This document shows, piece by piece, positions 36,555 through 47,971 of a DNA stretch of 64,000 bases (the stretch's first letter is position 1; each line of letters starts with the position of its first letter). The position numbers and the translations under genes were made by a program. Source of the stretch: Bacteroidales bacterium UBA1187 (GTDB lineage: Bacteria > Bacteroidota > Bacteroidia > Bacteroidales > Paludibacteraceae); contig DBYL01000019.1 of the NCBI GenBank assembly GCA_002309835.1, forward strand, positions 5,937-69,936. Reading direction: 5' to 3'. The notes beneath the pieces were generated by a model. It saw only the letters and a program-made list of their open reading frames with translations, ran no database searches and had not been told where the DNA came from.

Positions 36555-37346
36555 ATGCAAAATCTGCTGAAAATACTGCTGCGATACAGCAACTTCCTGG
36601 TATTTATCATCCTGGAAGTTGCTGCGTTTTTGCTCTTCTCATTCAATAACGCGTATCCGCGCAGCAGTATTCTGAGCACTGCGAACAACGTTATTGCTTG
36701 GCAGAACGAGCAGATAAGTGAGATAAAAGCGTATTTCCACTTGCGTAGCGAAAACGAACAACTGGCGCGAGAGAATGCGGAACTGCGCAATCAGATTTGC
36801 TCGATGAATTCGGACCAGCACGCCGCTCCTATTCATTATACCTCAGCCAAAGTGATACAGATGACCACGGACGAGATGCATAACTATCTGACCATCAATC
36901 GCGGTAAGAAAGACGGTATAGTTCGCGGACAAGGAGTGCGCAACGAGGAAGGCGTAGTAGGTATCGTACGCACAGTAGGTAGAAACTACAGCGTCGTGCT
37001 GCCTCTCATCAATACCAATACCAATCTCAGTTGCCGGTTTACCAAAAATGACTATATCGGTACATTGCAATGGGACGGCAAAGACAGCCGCTTTGCGTTG
37101 TTAGAAGATGTAGCCGCGCATATGGTAGTTAATCCCGGCGATACAATTGTGACGAGCGGTTTGAGTCCTGTCTTCCCGGAAGGAATTCCCGTTGGAATCG
37201 TAGAAAACAGCGTATTGAAAGAGGGTGATTCGTATCATACCATACGTGTGCGTCTAAACACCAATTTTAAGCGATTGAAATACGTAGAGATCGTGCAAAA
37301 CGCACACCAAACAGAGTTGGAGGAACTGCAAGATGGATTGGACTAA
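36555..37346 (+). CDS. mreC: Rod shape-determining protein MreC
   Basis: N-terminal TM, coiled coil (LRSENEQLARENAELRNQ) and a beta-rich C-domain. Located between mreB and mreD. Confidence 0.85.
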   Translation: MQNLLKILLRYSNFLVFIILEVAAFLLFSFNNAYPRSSILSTANNVIAWQNEQISEIKAYFHLRSENEQLARENAELRNQICSMNSDQHAAPIHYTSAKVIQMTTDEMHNYLTINRGKKDGIVRGQGVRNEEGVVGIVRTVGRNYSVVLPLINTNTNLSCRFTKNDYIGTLQWDGKDSRFALLEDVAAHMVVNPGDTIVTSGLSPVFPEGIPVGIVENSVLKEGDSYHTIRVRLNTNFKRLKYVEIVQNAHQTELEELQDGLD

Positions 37347-37827
37347 ACAAATAGGACGATATATACTCGTAATGCTGCTGCAGGTCTTCCTTTTCAACCA
37401 GTTGCAGCTATGGGGTGCGTGCCATCCGTATATCTATATCTTATGCCTGCTGATGATGCCAATCACACTGCCACACAGCGCAGATATGATCATCGGAGCG
37501 GTTGTAGGATTGATCATGGATATTTTCTGCAACTCGTTAGGCGTCCACACGGCCAGTTGTATCTTGTTGATGTTCATCCGTCCGTATCTGATTGGCGGCC
37601 TTGTCAGCGATAAAGACCGATTGAACGAACAGATATCCCTCCGCACGCTCGGTATGGAGGCGATGGTGAAATATGTGATTATCTTAGTGCTGATTCACCA
37701 CCTCATGGTCTTCCTATTAGCTGCATGGAGTTGGCATCATATCGGATTCGTACTCCTGGAAACGCTCGTTAGCGGACTCATTACGAGTTTCGTTATCATA
37801 GGATATAATGCGCTGAGTTACAAATGA
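37333..37827 (+). CDS. mreD: Rod shape-determining protein MreD
   Basis: 164-aa polytopic membrane protein. It overlaps the mreC end and the mrdA start. Confidence 0.75.
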   Translation: MDWTKQIGRYILVMLLQVFLFNQLQLWGACHPYIYILCLLMMPITLPHSADMIIGAVVGLIMDIFCNSLGVHTASCILLMFIRPYLIGGLVSDKDRLNEQISLRTLGMEAMVKYVIILVLIHHLMVFLLAAWSWHHIGFVLLETLVSGLITSFVIIGYNALSYK

Positions 37828-39662
37828 TTAACGACCAATTTTATAAACGCCGATACGTCATCAGCGGTATTGCCGTTGTGGTAGTATTGGTGTATATAAT
37901 ACGGTTGTTTTATCTGCAAGTTATTGATCAATCGACAGCCGGGCAGGCGGATAACAATGCTTTGGTCAAACAGACTATTTTCCCTTCCCGCGGCCTAATC
38001 TACGATCGTAACGGGGAACTGTTGGTTTTTAACCAACCTATTTACGAGATCACGCTGACCATGCGTGAGATGGGCAAAGACTGGGATACTACAGCTTTCT
38101 GCCAGTGTCTGCAGATCAGTCGTGCGGAGTTTGACGAGCGCATCGAAGAGATCAAAGACCGGCGTAAGAACCGCGGTTATTCCCGTTGGACTCCGCAGAT
38201 ATTCATGAGCCAACTCAAAAAGGAAGATATCGCGACGTTGCAGGAGTCTATGTTCCTTTTTCCTGGCATTCATATCCAGAAACGTACGCTTCGCGACTAT
38301 ACCTACAACGCCGCAGCGCATGTGTTAGGCTCGGTAGGTGAGGTCAATCAGAATGATTTGGACCGCGATCCGTATTATGCACGTGGAGACTATTCCGGTC
38401 GTGATGGATTGGAGCGCACTTACGAGAAAGAGTTACGAGGCGAGAAAGGAGTGGAAGTGCTGATGCGTGATTCCCGCGGTCGCATGCAGGGTAGTTATCA
38501 GGACGGCGCATTAGATAGAACCGCTAAGGCCGGCACGGACCTTCATACAACCTTAGATATCCGATTGCAGATGTTAGCGGAGGAGCTGCTGGCAGGTAAG
38601 ATAGGAAGCGCAGTAGCGATCGAACCCAAGACAGGTGAGATATTAGCGTTGGCTTCTAATCCCGCATGGAATCCAAAAGTATTAGTAGGTAAGGAGCGCA
38701 GCAAGAATTACAACATCCTGCTGCAAGATAAGACTAAACCGCTACTCAACCGCGCTACGCAAGCAACATATTCTCCCGGTTCCACATTTAAGACTATCCA
38801 ATCGCTGGTTTGTCTGGAGCAGGGTGCTATCACGCCTAACACGCTCTATCCTTGTTCGGGGCCGGGTAGTACACCTATCAAATGTACCCACCATCACGGT
38901 TCTCCGGTAGCCTTAGACAGAGCTATCGAGCAGAGTTGTAACCCGTATTTCTGGTGCGCTTTCCGAGATTTGCTACAGATGGACGGCTATGGAAAAGATA
39001 ATGAAGATTTCCGCCGTCGTTATGAGTTATGGCGCGATGCGGTGATGAGTTTCGGACTCGGTCAGCGTTTCACGGACTCAGACCTCAACGAGCAATCGGC
39101 AGGTAGTATCCCGAGTACGCGACTTTTTGACAAGTTCTACGGCAAAACCGGTTGGAAAGCCATCACGATCCGTTCGCTCAGTATCGGTCAGGGGGAGATT
39201 CTCGTCACGCCTTTACAACTCGCCAATCAGGCGGCTACGATTGCCAACGAAGGTTACTATATCACGCCGCACTTGAATAAGAACGACTCGATGCTGGAGC
39301 ATATTCATAAGTTGGATATCAAGAAGCAGCATTTTGACGCAGTCAAAGAAGGTATGCACCGCGTGATGATCTACGGTACCGGTCGCCATTTTGCGATCGA
39401 TAGCCTGCATATGGCCGGTAAGACCGGAACGGTACAGAATCCGCATGGACGCGATCACGCTATCTTTATCGGTTTTGCGCCGGTGGATGACCCGCAGATA
39501 GCGGTGGCAGTAGTAGTGGAGAATGCCGGTTTTGGTGCTACCTGGGCTTGTCCTATCGCAACGATGATGATTGAGCAATACCTGACCGGAGAAGTGAAAC
39601 GCAAAGATTTACGCAAACGAATAGGAGAATCTGTTCTGAATGAGAGCGTCAAGAAATGGTAG
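37824..39662 (+). CDS. mrdA: Penicillin-binding protein 2 (elongasome transpeptidase)
   Basis: N-terminal TM and the transpeptidase motifs STFK, SCN and KTGT. Confidence 0.9.
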   Translation: MINDQFYKRRYVISGIAVVVVLVYIIRLFYLQVIDQSTAGQADNNALVKQTIFPSRGLIYDRNGELLVFNQPIYEITLTMREMGKDWDTTAFCQCLQISRAEFDERIEEIKDRRKNRGYSRWTPQIFMSQLKKEDIATLQESMFLFPGIHIQKRTLRDYTYNAAAHVLGSVGEVNQNDLDRDPYYARGDYSGRDGLERTYEKELRGEKGVEVLMRDSRGRMQGSYQDGALDRTAKAGTDLHTTLDIRLQMLAEELLAGKIGSAVAIEPKTGEILALASNPAWNPKVLVGKERSKNYNILLQDKTKPLLNRATQATYSPGSTFKTIQSLVCLEQGAITPNTLYPCSGPGSTPIKCTHHHGSPVALDRAIEQSCNPYFWCAFRDLLQMDGYGKDNEDFRRRYELWRDAVMSFGLGQRFTDSDLNEQSAGSIPSTRLFDKFYGKTGWKAITIRSLSIGQGEILVTPLQLANQAATIANEGYYITPHLNKNDSMLEHIHKLDIKKQHFDAVKEGMHRVMIYGTGRHFAIDSLHMAGKTGTVQNPHGRDHAIFIGFAPVDDPQIAVAVVVENAGFGATWACPIATMMIEQYLTGEVKRKDLRKRIGESVLNESVKKW

Positions 39663-41103
39663 TATATGGCAACATGTAGACTGGATCACCATCGGTCTCT
39701 TTCTGGCCTTAGTTTTCTTTGGCTGGATGAATATCTATGGCGCCAGTTATACCTTCGACCAGACCAGCATCGTGGATTTCTCTAACCGTGCCGGTAAGCA
39801 ATTTGCCTGGATAATGGGTTCGCTTGTGCTGGGTGGAGTGCTGCTGCTGATCGACTATAAGACTTATGATGTGCTGGCATATATCGCCTACGGCGCGATG
39901 CTCTTGCTGCTATTAGTGACGCCTTTCCTGGCGCATGACATCAAGGGTTCGATGTCCTGGATATCACTTGGTCCGGTGAGTCTGCAACCGGCGGAGTTCG
40001 CAAAATGTATCGTGGCGTTGGCCGTAGCCAAATATATGGGAAGGTATGAATATAAACTGCGCGGTTGGCGTGATCTTATCATACCTTTTGCCCTGATTGG
40101 TGTGCCGGCGTTGATCATCATGGTGCTGCAGAAAGAGACCGGTTCAGCACTTGTCTTTGCTGCTTTCTTGTTGGTTTTCTATCGTCAAGGAATGAGTGGC
40201 TATGTGCTTTGGACGGGCGTGGCGGCCGTGGCACTATTCATCATCAGTATCCGTTGGGGTGAGGTAGTGCTACCTTTAGGTAGCGGAAACGCAGGAATGC
40301 TGACCTGTATGCTGCTGCTGACGGCCGTAGAGATCTTCTTCGTCTGCAAGGAGCATAAGATGCGGTGGCAATTACTAATCCTTATCGGTAGCGTTATCGT
40401 CATCTATGGCATCAGCCTGATTATCAATATATGGGTGACTGTGCCATTCAACTGGATAGCGGTAGGAGTCGTTATAGCGCTGATGCTCTATACGATTTTT
40501 GTGAGCGTCTATTGGCGCAAATACCAGTTGCTACTCGTAGCCGCCTTCTGTTTCTTCTGTATCGGTTATACGCAAGCCTGCGATTTCGTATTCACGCGTG
40601 TGCTTCAACCGCACCAGCGGATTCGTATCGAGGTGCTGCTGGGTATGAAGGAGGATCCGGCTGGAGCAGGGTATAACGTCAACCAAGCCCGCATCGCTAT
40701 CGGTTCGGGACGTTTCTTCGGTAAAGGATATCTGAACGGCACACAGACGAAGCTTCAGTTTGTACCGGAACAGGACACCGACTTCATCTTCTGCACCGTA
40801 GGAGAAGAGTGGGGTTTCCTCGGTTCCATCGGAGTTTTGTTAGTATATTTATGGTTCATCTTGCGCTTGATAGGAATAGCAGAAAGGCAACGTAGCACAT
40901 TCACGCAGATATACGCTTATGCCGTAGCGAGCATCTTCCTTTTCCACCTTACGATTAACGTAGGTATGGTATTAGGATTGCTACCGGTGATTGGTATTCC
41001 GCTGCCGTTCTTCAGTTACGGCGGTAGTTCATTATGGGGATTCACCCTGCTGCTGTTTATCCTGCTGAGGCTGGATGCGGCGCGCATGGAGCAATTGAGG
41101 TAA
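39640..41103 (+). CDS. rodA: SEDS-family peptidoglycan polymerase RodA
   Basis: Polytopic FtsW/RodA/SpoVE-type protein (…PLPFFSYGGSS…) directly after mrdA. Confidence 0.9.
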   Translation: MRASRNGSIWQHVDWITIGLFLALVFFGWMNIYGASYTFDQTSIVDFSNRAGKQFAWIMGSLVLGGVLLLIDYKTYDVLAYIAYGAMLLLLLVTPFLAHDIKGSMSWISLGPVSLQPAEFAKCIVALAVAKYMGRYEYKLRGWRDLIIPFALIGVPALIIMVLQKETGSALVFAAFLLVFYRQGMSGYVLWTGVAAVALFIISIRWGEVVLPLGSGNAGMLTCMLLLTAVEIFFVCKEHKMRWQLLILIGSVIVIYGISLIINIWVTVPFNWIAVGVVIALMLYTIFVSVYWRKYQLLLVAAFCFFCIGYTQACDFVFTRVLQPHQRIRIEVLLGMKEDPAGAGYNVNQARIAIGSGRFFGKGYLNGTQTKLQFVPEQDTDFIFCTVGEEWGFLGSIGVLLVYLWFILRLIGIAERQRSTFTQIYAYAVASIFLFHLTINVGMVLGLLPVIGIPLPFFSYGGSSLWGFTLLLFILLRLDAARMEQLR

Positions 41104-41105
41104 GT

Positions 41106-41552
41106 ATGTTCGTTACGGATCCTATAGCCATCATCGGCGAGAATGAAGCCGCTAAGATGCTGGAGAAGAAAGGCTTCAAAGTGCTGGAGCGGAACTGGCG
41201 CATGGGTCATCTGGAGGTCGATCTGATTGCAGAAAAGAGGAGAGTGATTGTATTTGTAGAAGTGAAGGCGCGTACCTGTATCCTCAATAACAAGATGCCC
41301 GAAGAAAATGTCGATGAAATCAAGATGAAAAGGGTGATTGCGGCTGCCAACGCATACCTTAAATATCATAAGATTGAGAAGCAACCGCGGTTTGATGTAG
41401 TAGGCATATTGGTGGATAGGAACACAAATGAGATCACCTACAGCCGTTATGTAGAAGATGCTTTTCAACCCAAAACACGAACTATTAATTCCGGTAGTTA
41501 CAGCGGTCTATGGCATTGGGCGCATCGGAATAAGACAATAGGAAAAAGATAG
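41106..41552 (+). CDS. YraN-family (UPF0102) endonuclease-like protein
   Basis: GENEAAKMLEKKGFKVLERNWR...EVDLIAEK...VFVEVKAR pattern. Start set at ATG 41106, 2 nt after the rodA stop. It has a longer C-terminal tail than I expect for this family. Confidence 0.7.
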   Translation: MFVTDPIAIIGENEAAKMLEKKGFKVLERNWRMGHLEVDLIAEKRRVIVFVEVKARTCILNNKMPEENVDEIKMKRVIAAANAYLKYHKIEKQPRFDVVGILVDRNTNEITYSRYVEDAFQPKTRTINSGSYSGLWHWAHRNKTIGKR

Positions 41553-41555
41553 ATT

Positions 41556-43421
41556 ATGGACTTCAAATACGACGTCATAGTTGTCGGTGCCGGTCATGCC
41601 GGCTGTGAAGCGGCGAGTGCTGCTGCCCGTATGGGTAGTAAGACACTCCTGATCACCATGGATATGAATAAGATTGCGCAGATGAGTTGCAATCCCGCGG
41701 TGGGTGGCATCGCCAAAGGACAGATCGTGCGCGAGATAGATGCGTTAGGCGGACAGATGGGCATCGTCACCGACCGCAGCGCTATCCAGTTCCGGCTGCT
41801 GAACCAGAGCAAAGGTCCGGCTATGTGGAGTCCGCGTAGCCAGAGTGACCGCAAGCGGTTTATCGAAGAGTGGATCAAAGTGCTGTCGCACACCGAGAAC
41901 CTGCATATATGGCAAGACACCGTCGTTAGTCTTATTATCAAAGATAATAAGGTATGTGGTGTAAAGACCATCTTAGGCATCGAGATGGAAGCGCAAGCGG
42001 TGGTATTGACAAACGGCACTTTCCTCAATGGACTCATGCACTGCGGTAAGACACAAGTCAAAGGCGGACGCATCTCCGAACCTGCTTCTTATGGGCTTAC
42101 GGAGCAGTTAGTGGAGTTGGGATTTGCGACAGACAGAATGAAGACCGGTACACCGGCACGTATCGATGCCCGCTCTATTCATTTCGACCAGATGACACGT
42201 CAGGACGGCGATAACGACTGGCATCAGTTCAGTTATCTGGACACTGTCCATCGAGAGTTAAAACAGATGCCTTGCTGGATCACCTATACCAACACAAGTA
42301 CACATGATGCATTACGTGCGGGACTGAAAGATTCTCCTCTTTTCAACGGACAAATCCAAAGTATCGGTCCGCGTTACTGCCCAAGTATAGAGACCAAGAT
42401 CGTGACATTTGCCGACAAAGAGGCACATCAGTTATTCTTGGAACCTGAAGGTGTTGATAGTAATGAGTATTATGTGAACGGCTTCTCCAGCAGTCTGCCG
42501 TGGCAAGTACAGTTAGCGGGTTTAAAAACCGTGAAAGGGCTGGAAGATGTTGTGCTCTATCGCCCGGGCTATGCCATCGAATATGACTTCTTCGATCCTA
42601 CGCAGTTGCACCACACATTAGAGACTAAACTGGTATCCAACCTGTTTTTCGCCGGTCAAATCAATGGTACAACAGGCTATGAGGAAGCTGCGGGACAAGG
42701 ATTGGTAGCAGGTGTGAATGCACATATGAACGTCCACGGATGTGCTCCTTTCACGATGGGCAGAGACGAGAGTTATATCAGCGTGCTGATCGATGATCTG
42801 GTGAATAAAGGAGTCGATGAACCCTACCGCATGTTCACCTCCAGAGCAGAATACAGAATACTGCTGCGTCAGGACAACGCAGACGAGCGTCTCACCAAAC
42901 GCAGTTATGAGATGGGATTGGCAGACAGGTATAGGTATGATTTGCTATGCCGCAAACAATCAAGTTGCGCCGATTTCATCGAATTTATGCAGACTACTAC
43001 GGTGCGCAAAGGAAGTATCGACGGATGGTTGGAATCAACAGGAAGCACTCCGCTGCATGAAGGATGCAAGATCAGCGAGCTGGTATTGCGCCCACAAGTG
43101 GGTATCAAAGCACTGGCAGAAGTAGTGCCGGAACTGAAAGAGAAAATAGCCAATCTATCCGATGAGATCGTAGAAAGTTGCGAGATCCAGATCAAATACG
43201 CAGGGTATATCAAACGCGAGCAAATGGAGGCAGCCAAACTACAACGATTGGACCAGATACGCATCCCCGATGGGTTTAATTACGACGAGGTGCAAAGCCT
43301 AAGTACCGAGGCGCGACAGAAGTTAAGTAGAATACGCCCCAAGTCTATCGGAGAAGCACAACGTATCCCTGGCGTAAGCCCAAATGATGTTAGTGTTTTG
43401 CTCGTTTTAATGGGTAGATAA
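41556..43421 (+). CDS. mnmG: tRNA uridine 5-carboxymethylaminomethyl modification enzyme MnmG
   Basis: FAD-binding [16 protein letters not shown]-terminus. 621 aa with the GidA layout. Confidence 0.95.
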   Translation: MDFKYDVIVVGAGHAGCEAASAAARMGSKTLLITMDMNKIAQMSCNPAVGGIAKGQIVREIDALGGQMGIVTDRSAIQFRLLNQSKGPAMWSPRSQSDRKRFIEEWIKVLSHTENLHIWQDTVVSLIIKDNKVCGVKTILGIEMEAQAVVLTNGTFLNGLMHCGKTQVKGGRISEPASYGLTEQLVELGFATDRMKTGTPARIDARSIHFDQMTRQDGDNDWHQFSYLDTVHRELKQMPCWITYTNTSTHDALRAGLKDSPLFNGQIQSIGPRYCPSIETKIVTFADKEAHQLFLEPEGVDSNEYYVNGFSSSLPWQVQLAGLKTVKGLEDVVLYRPGYAIEYDFFDPTQLHHTLETKLVSNLFFAGQINGTTGYEEAAGQGLVAGVNAHMNVHGCAPFTMGRDESYISVLIDDLVNKGVDEPYRMFTSRAEYRILLRQDNADERLTKRSYEMGLADRYRYDLLCRKQSSCADFIEFMQTTTVRKGSIDGWLESTGSTPLHEGCKISELVLRPQVGIKALAEVVPELKEKIANLSDEIVESCEIQIKYAGYIKREQMEAAKLQRLDQIRIPDGFNYDEVQSLSTEARQKLSRIRPKSIGEAQRIPGVSPNDVSVLLVLMGR

Positions 43422-43428
43422 GCGATTT

Positions 43429-43448
43429 TAGTTTGCAAAAGCAAACTA
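43429..43448 (+). terminator. Hairpin after mnmG (weak terminator)
   Basis: TAGTTTGC-aaaa-GCAAACTA, a perfect 8-bp stem. The downstream T tract is weak (ctttaattgttt). Confidence 0.4.
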
Positions 43449-43494
43449 CTTTAATTGTTTCACGTGGAACACGGAGATTAAAAAACCAAATAAT

Positions 43495-44034
43495 ATGACA
43501 GCTCAAGAAGTAAAAAGCGCTATTCGTAATGTGCCTGATTTTCCTATACCGGGCATACAGTTCAAGGACATCACTACTGCTTTGCTAAAGGCGGAGTACA
43601 TGGTGTGGATGCGTGATGAGATTGTGAAGTTGTATCGAGACAAAGGTATCACCAAGGTGGTAGGTATTGAGTCGCGCGGGTTTATCATCGCTCCTGCAGT
43701 AGCTATGGAATTAGGTGCAGGATTTGTACCTATCCGTAAGCATAATAAACTGCCGGCAGAGACCATCTCTGTTACCTATAAAAAGGAATATGGGGATGAT
43801 ACGATCCAGGTGCATAAGGATGCGCTCAATGAGAATGACGTAGTACTTATTCATGATGACATCTTGGCTACCGGTGGTTCGATGGAAGCAGCTATCGAGT
43901 TAGTGAAGAAACTGGGCGTAAAAAAAGTGTACGTCAACTGCTTGATTGAATTGGAGGGTCTGAACGGACGTGAGTACCTTAAAGGTAAAGCGGATGGTTT
44001 AGACTGCCTCTTCGGTATAGAAGTGGATGAGTAA
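43495..44034 (+). CDS. apt: Adenine phosphoribosyltransferase
   Basis: PRPP-binding motif VVLIHDDILATGGS. 179 aa. Confidence 0.9.
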   Translation: MTAQEVKSAIRNVPDFPIPGIQFKDITTALLKAEYMVWMRDEIVKLYRDKGITKVVGIESRGFIIAPAVAMELGAGFVPIRKHNKLPAETISVTYKKEYGDDTIQVHKDALNENDVVLIHDDILATGGSMEAAIELVKKLGVKKVYVNCLIELEGLNGREYLKGKADGLDCLFGIEVDE

Positions 44035-45844
44035 GAAAGATGATCATATTGCCCTTTTGCTGAAACGCATTCCGGAGAGTCCGGGCGTCTACCAGTACTT
44101 TGATAAGGACGGGCAGATCATCTATGTGGGCAAAGCTAAGAACCTGCATCGGCGGGTAAATAGTTATTTTAGCAAAGATCATCCATCATCCAAGACGCGG
44201 CAGTTAGTAGCGCATATAGCCGATATACGCTACGTAGTAGTGAAGAGCGAGCAGGATGCATTTCTGTTAGAGAATAACCTGATTAAGCAATACCAACCGC
44301 GGTATAATATCTTGCTCAAGGACGGGAAGAGTTATCCGAGTATATGCATCACCAAGGAAGCTTTTCCGCGCATCTTCAAGACACGGACAATTAATAAGAA
44401 GACGGGCGAGTACTACGGACCTTACAGTTTCAGCAACACCGTAGAGATGGTGTTGGAATTGATTCATAAACTCTACCCAATACGCACTTGCAATATTCCG
44501 CTTTCTGCTGATTCCATCGAGAAAAAGAAGATACGTGTTTGCCTGAAATACCATCTAAAAAACTGCTGCGGTATATGTGAGGGCTTTGGCAAAGAGGAAT
44601 ATAGCCAATGGATAGATCAGGCGCGGAAGTTGATTAAAGGTGATGCCCATGAGATCGGCAAGCAGTTGGAAGAGCAGATGATGCGTCTGGCGGCAGAGAT
44701 GAAGTATGAAGAGGCGGCAGATCTGAAGCATAAGATTGAGCTGCTCGAGCAATTCAAGAGCAAGACAATTATCACGAATTCATCGGCAAAAGATGTGGAC
44801 GTCTTCGGCTATGATGAGCAGGAGGATAAGGTATACATCTCTATGCTGCATGTACATAACGGGTCTATCGTTCAAGGTCAGACGATTGAGTACAGACGAA
44901 AGATGGAAGAAGAGAAAGAGGAGCTGTTAGCAATGGGAATGATGGAATTAAGAGAACGACTGGAGAGTAAGACAAAGGACGTAATTGTTCCGTTCATACC
45001 GGAGGTATTTGATGATTCGCTGCATGTATATATTGCCTTTAGCGGAGACAGAAAGAAGCTTCTCGATCTGGCGATGCAGAATGTACGGCAGTATAAGTTA
45101 GACCGTCTCAAACAGGAAGATAAGTTAAATCCCGAGCAACGAGGAGTACGCATCTTGACGGAACTGCAGCAGATGATGGGCCTGGAGACCTTGCCGCGAT
45201 GGATAGACTGCTTCGATAACTCGAATATACAAGGCGAGAGTGCCGTGGCCGGCTGCGTAGTCTATCGGATGGCGAAGCCGAGTAAGAGCGACTATAAGAA
45301 ATTTGATATCAAGACGGTTCAAGGCGCAGATGATTACGCCAGTATGCGTGAAGTGGTACGCAGAAGGTATCAACATATACTCGATGAAAACGGACAGATG
45401 CCTGACTTGATCATCGCAGATGGAGGACTTGGACAGATGCACGCTATCCGAGAAGCGGTGGAAGATCAATTGGGACTGAAGATTCCGATTGCGGGTCTGA
45501 AGAAAAACGACAAACATAGGACACAAACTTTGCTCTTCGGTTTTCCTCCTAAAGAGATCAGCATGCCTGTGACGAGTGAAGTGTTCCGTCTGCTGACGAA
45601 CATACAGGATGAAGTGCATCGATTTGCCATTTCGTTCCACAAAAACAAGCGAAGTAAGGCCCAAATTCATAGCCAACTTGATGATTTACAGGGAGTTGGA
45701 GAAGTAACGAAGCAAAAAATACTGACGCATTTCGGCTCCGTGAAACGCGCTAGAGCAGCAAAAAAGGAAGAATGGCTCAAATTGCTCGGAACTCGCAGAG
45801 GATCAGATATTTACGAGCAAATTCAGGTCCAAATAAGTCTCTGA
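44027..45844 (+). CDS. uvrC: Excinuclease ABC subunit C
   Basis: GIY-YIG N-terminus (GVYQYFDKDGQIIYVGKAKNLHRRVNSY), a UvrB-interacting region and a C-terminal HhH. 605 aa. Confidence 0.95.
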   Translation: MSKKDDHIALLLKRIPESPGVYQYFDKDGQIIYVGKAKNLHRRVNSYFSKDHPSSKTRQLVAHIADIRYVVVKSEQDAFLLENNLIKQYQPRYNILLKDGKSYPSICITKEAFPRIFKTRTINKKTGEYYGPYSFSNTVEMVLELIHKLYPIRTCNIPLSADSIEKKKIRVCLKYHLKNCCGICEGFGKEEYSQWIDQARKLIKGDAHEIGKQLEEQMMRLAAEMKYEEAADLKHKIELLEQFKSKTIITNSSAKDVDVFGYDEQEDKVYISMLHVHNGSIVQGQTIEYRRKMEEEKEELLAMGMMELRERLESKTKDVIVPFIPEVFDDSLHVYIAFSGDRKKLLDLAMQNVRQYKLDRLKQEDKLNPEQRGVRILTELQQMMGLETLPRWIDCFDNSNIQGESAVAGCVVYRMAKPSKSDYKKFDIKTVQGADDYASMREVVRRRYQHILDENGQMPDLIIADGGLGQMHAIREAVEDQLGLKIPIAGLKKNDKHRTQTLLFGFPPKEISMPVTSEVFRLLTNIQDEVHRFAISFHKNKRSKAQIHSQLDDLQGVGEVTKQKILTHFGSVKRARAAKKEEWLKLLGTRRGSDIYEQIQVQISL

Positions 45845-45851
45845 GAATTGA

Positions 45852-46322
45852 ATGAAAAACAAGAATATGACTACTTATACAGTCAAAATAGACGAAAAAT
45901 CCAACCTTTTGGTGCTCAATGAGAAAAATGAGACAGTGAGTGCGTTGGATATTTTGAAAGCATGTGAACCGCGTAGGGTATTTGCGTTCGATGGGGTGAT
46001 GGGTGCAGGTAAGACGACGTTCATCAAAAAACTCTGTGAAGAGATGGACACGATGGATGTGGTGAATAGTCCGACTTTCGCCATCGTCAATGTGTACGAC
46101 GTGGAACAACCATACAAAGGGGAAGTGTATCATTTCGACTGCTATCGACTGAAGGACATCCGCGAGGCGATGGATTTCGGAGCAGAGGAATATCTGTACT
46201 CGGGTAACTACTGCTTCATCGAATGGCCGGAAAAGATAGAGGCTTTGTTACCGGAAGACACTGTATGGGTGAAAATCGTTCCACAGGAAAACGGAGATAG
46301 AAAACTGATTGTAGCATTATGA
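45852..46322 (+). CDS. tsaE: t6A biosynthesis ATPase TsaE
   Basis: P-loop [17 protein letters not shown] and HFDCYRL motifs typical of YjeE/TsaE. Confidence 0.85.
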   Translation: MKNKNMTTYTVKIDEKSNLLVLNEKNETVSALDILKACEPRRVFAFDGVMGAGKTTFIKKLCEEMDTMDVVNSPTFAIVNVYDVEQPYKGEVYHFDCYRLKDIREAMDFGAEEYLYSGNYCFIEWPEKIEALLPEDTVWVKIVPQENGDRKLIVAL

Positions 46323-46969
46323 TAGAAGTTAAGAACATACATAAATCGTTTGACGATTTAGAGGTGCTCAAAGGCGTTAACCTGAAAGTGCAGAAAGGTG
46401 AAATTGTTGCCATCGTTGGTAAGAGTGGTGCAGGTAAAACCACCTTGCTGCAAATCATCGGCACACTGGACCGTCCGACGCAAGGACAGGTGTTCATTGA
46501 AGGCACAGATGTATTCACGATGAAGGACAAAGAGTTGGCTGCGTTCCGCAATAGACACATCGGTTTCATCTTCCAGTTCCATCAGCTGTTACCGGAGTTC
46601 ACGGCCCTCGAGAACGTCTGTATCCCTGCTATGATCGCTCGCGAGAAAGAGGCGGAGTATAAAAAACGGGCAGAGCAACTGCTGACGGACTTAGGTCTCA
46701 AGGATCGAATGAACCATAAGCCGAACGAACTCTCCGGAGGAGAGAAACAGCGTGTAGCCGCAGCGCGCGCACTGATGATGAGTCCGGATATCATCTTGGC
46801 GGATGAACCCACCGGTAGTCTGGATACCCAGAATAAGAAAGAGCTCAGTGAACTGCTGCTGCAGTTACGCAAAGAATATAACCAGACCATTCTGCTGGTG
46901 ACGCACGATAAGGAACTGGCGCAGATGGCTGACCGAGTAATCGAGATAGTAGACGGTGTGATCAAATGA
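46319..46969 (+). CDS. ABC transporter ATP-binding protein (LolD/FtsE-like)
   Basis: Walker [10 protein letters not shown], signature LSGGEKQR, Walker B ILADEPT. Confidence 0.85.
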   Translation: MIEVKNIHKSFDDLEVLKGVNLKVQKGEIVAIVGKSGAGKTTLLQIIGTLDRPTQGQVFIEGTDVFTMKDKELAAFRNRHIGFIFQFHQLLPEFTALENVCIPAMIAREKEAEYKKRAEQLLTDLGLKDRMNHKPNELSGGEKQRVAAARALMMSPDIILADEPTGSLDTQNKKELSELLLQLRKEYNQTILLVTHDKELAQMADRVIEIVDGVIK

Positions 46970-47970
46970 AAAGACTCCTTATTATCATTGCGTGCGCATG
47001 TGTGCTGATGGGATGTCAGCATAAGCGTGCTTATTGGCCAGAGAAATTGGAACCTCAAGAGATAGAGATCGTGCGCTTCGATAATGCGCTGCTGAACGTA
47101 CATGAGTCTACAGTGGCGCAAGATATCCGTGTGCTGTATGACGAGTATCCGGTCTTCATGCCGCTGTGGGTGGAAGATATCCTCGGTATCCCTGCTGCTG
47201 ACACCGCGTACCTGGAGCAAGCCTTACCGCAATTCTTGAATGATACGTTGTATGGTTTTAAACAGACGAACGCACGTGAGCAGAAACTATTTGCGGATGT
47301 GAAAGATCTGCAAAAGTCTATCAGTCAGGCATTTACACGTATTCAATACCTCTATCCGGAAACGGAGATACCGAGTATCTATCTATTCGTTTCGGGTTTC
47401 CAGACGCCTATCTATTTCGCGGAAGATATCATCGGCATCGGTGCAGACATGTACTTGGGCAGCGATTATGAGTATTACAACCGCGTGGTGTATGAATACC
47501 AGAAACAGACGATGCGCAAGGAGTGTATACCGGTAGATGTAGTGAGTGCGTATCTGTTTAGGACACTACCTTATACGAGCACCAAGAGTCGCTTGTTGGA
47601 CCAGATGATATATCGCGGAAAAGTGATGTATCTGGTAGCTCAGATCTTCGATGACCTGCCCGGCTATGAAGTTATGGGATGGACCAAAGAGCAGTGGAAC
47701 TGGTGTGTAAAGAATGAAGAAGCTATCTGGCATCTGGTGATGGACAAACGAGATCTGTTTAAGACCGAGAGTCTTATTCTGACGGGTTACTTGAATGACG
47801 GTCCTTTTACCTCGGAAGTCTCACAAGACGCACCTGGAAGACTCGGTATATGGCTCGGTTGGCGCATCGCAGAGAGTTATATGGAGCATAACGAGACGGT
47901 GACGCTGCAGGAACTGATGGCCGAACCGGACGCACAGAAAATATTAGAAGAAAGTTATTATAAACCCTAG
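46966..47970 (+). CDS. gldB: Gliding-motility-associated lipoprotein GldB-like
   Basis: Lipobox VLMGC|Q. The C-terminal block [27 protein letters not shown]...[12 protein letters not shown] matches my recollection of F. johnsoniae GldB (SPGRIGAWIGWQIVRSYM...). Not verified. Confidence 0.65.
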   Translation: MKRLLIIIACACVLMGCQHKRAYWPEKLEPQEIEIVRFDNALLNVHESTVAQDIRVLYDEYPVFMPLWVEDILGIPAADTAYLEQALPQFLNDTLYGFKQTNAREQKLFADVKDLQKSISQAFTRIQYLYPETEIPSIYLFVSGFQTPIYFAEDIIGIGADMYLGSDYEYYNRVVYEYQKQTMRKECIPVDVVSAYLFRTLPYTSTKSRLLDQMIYRGKVMYLVAQIFDDLPGYEVMGWTKEQWNWCVKNEEAIWHLVMDKRDLFKTESLILTGYLNDGPFTSEVSQDAPGRLGIWLGWRIAESYMEHNETVTLQELMAEPDAQKILEESYYKP

Positions 47971-47971
47971 T

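Noticed and set aside
13459-46322. Apparent enrichment of tRNA/RNA-modification genes (tsaB, miaB, psuK/psuG, trmD, rnpA, mnmG, tsaE, rsmA, tRNA-Pro) as a possible system
   Set aside because: The genes are dispersed over 40 kb on both strands, in separate operons, among unrelated housekeeping genes. This is most simply a coincidence of a core-genome region.
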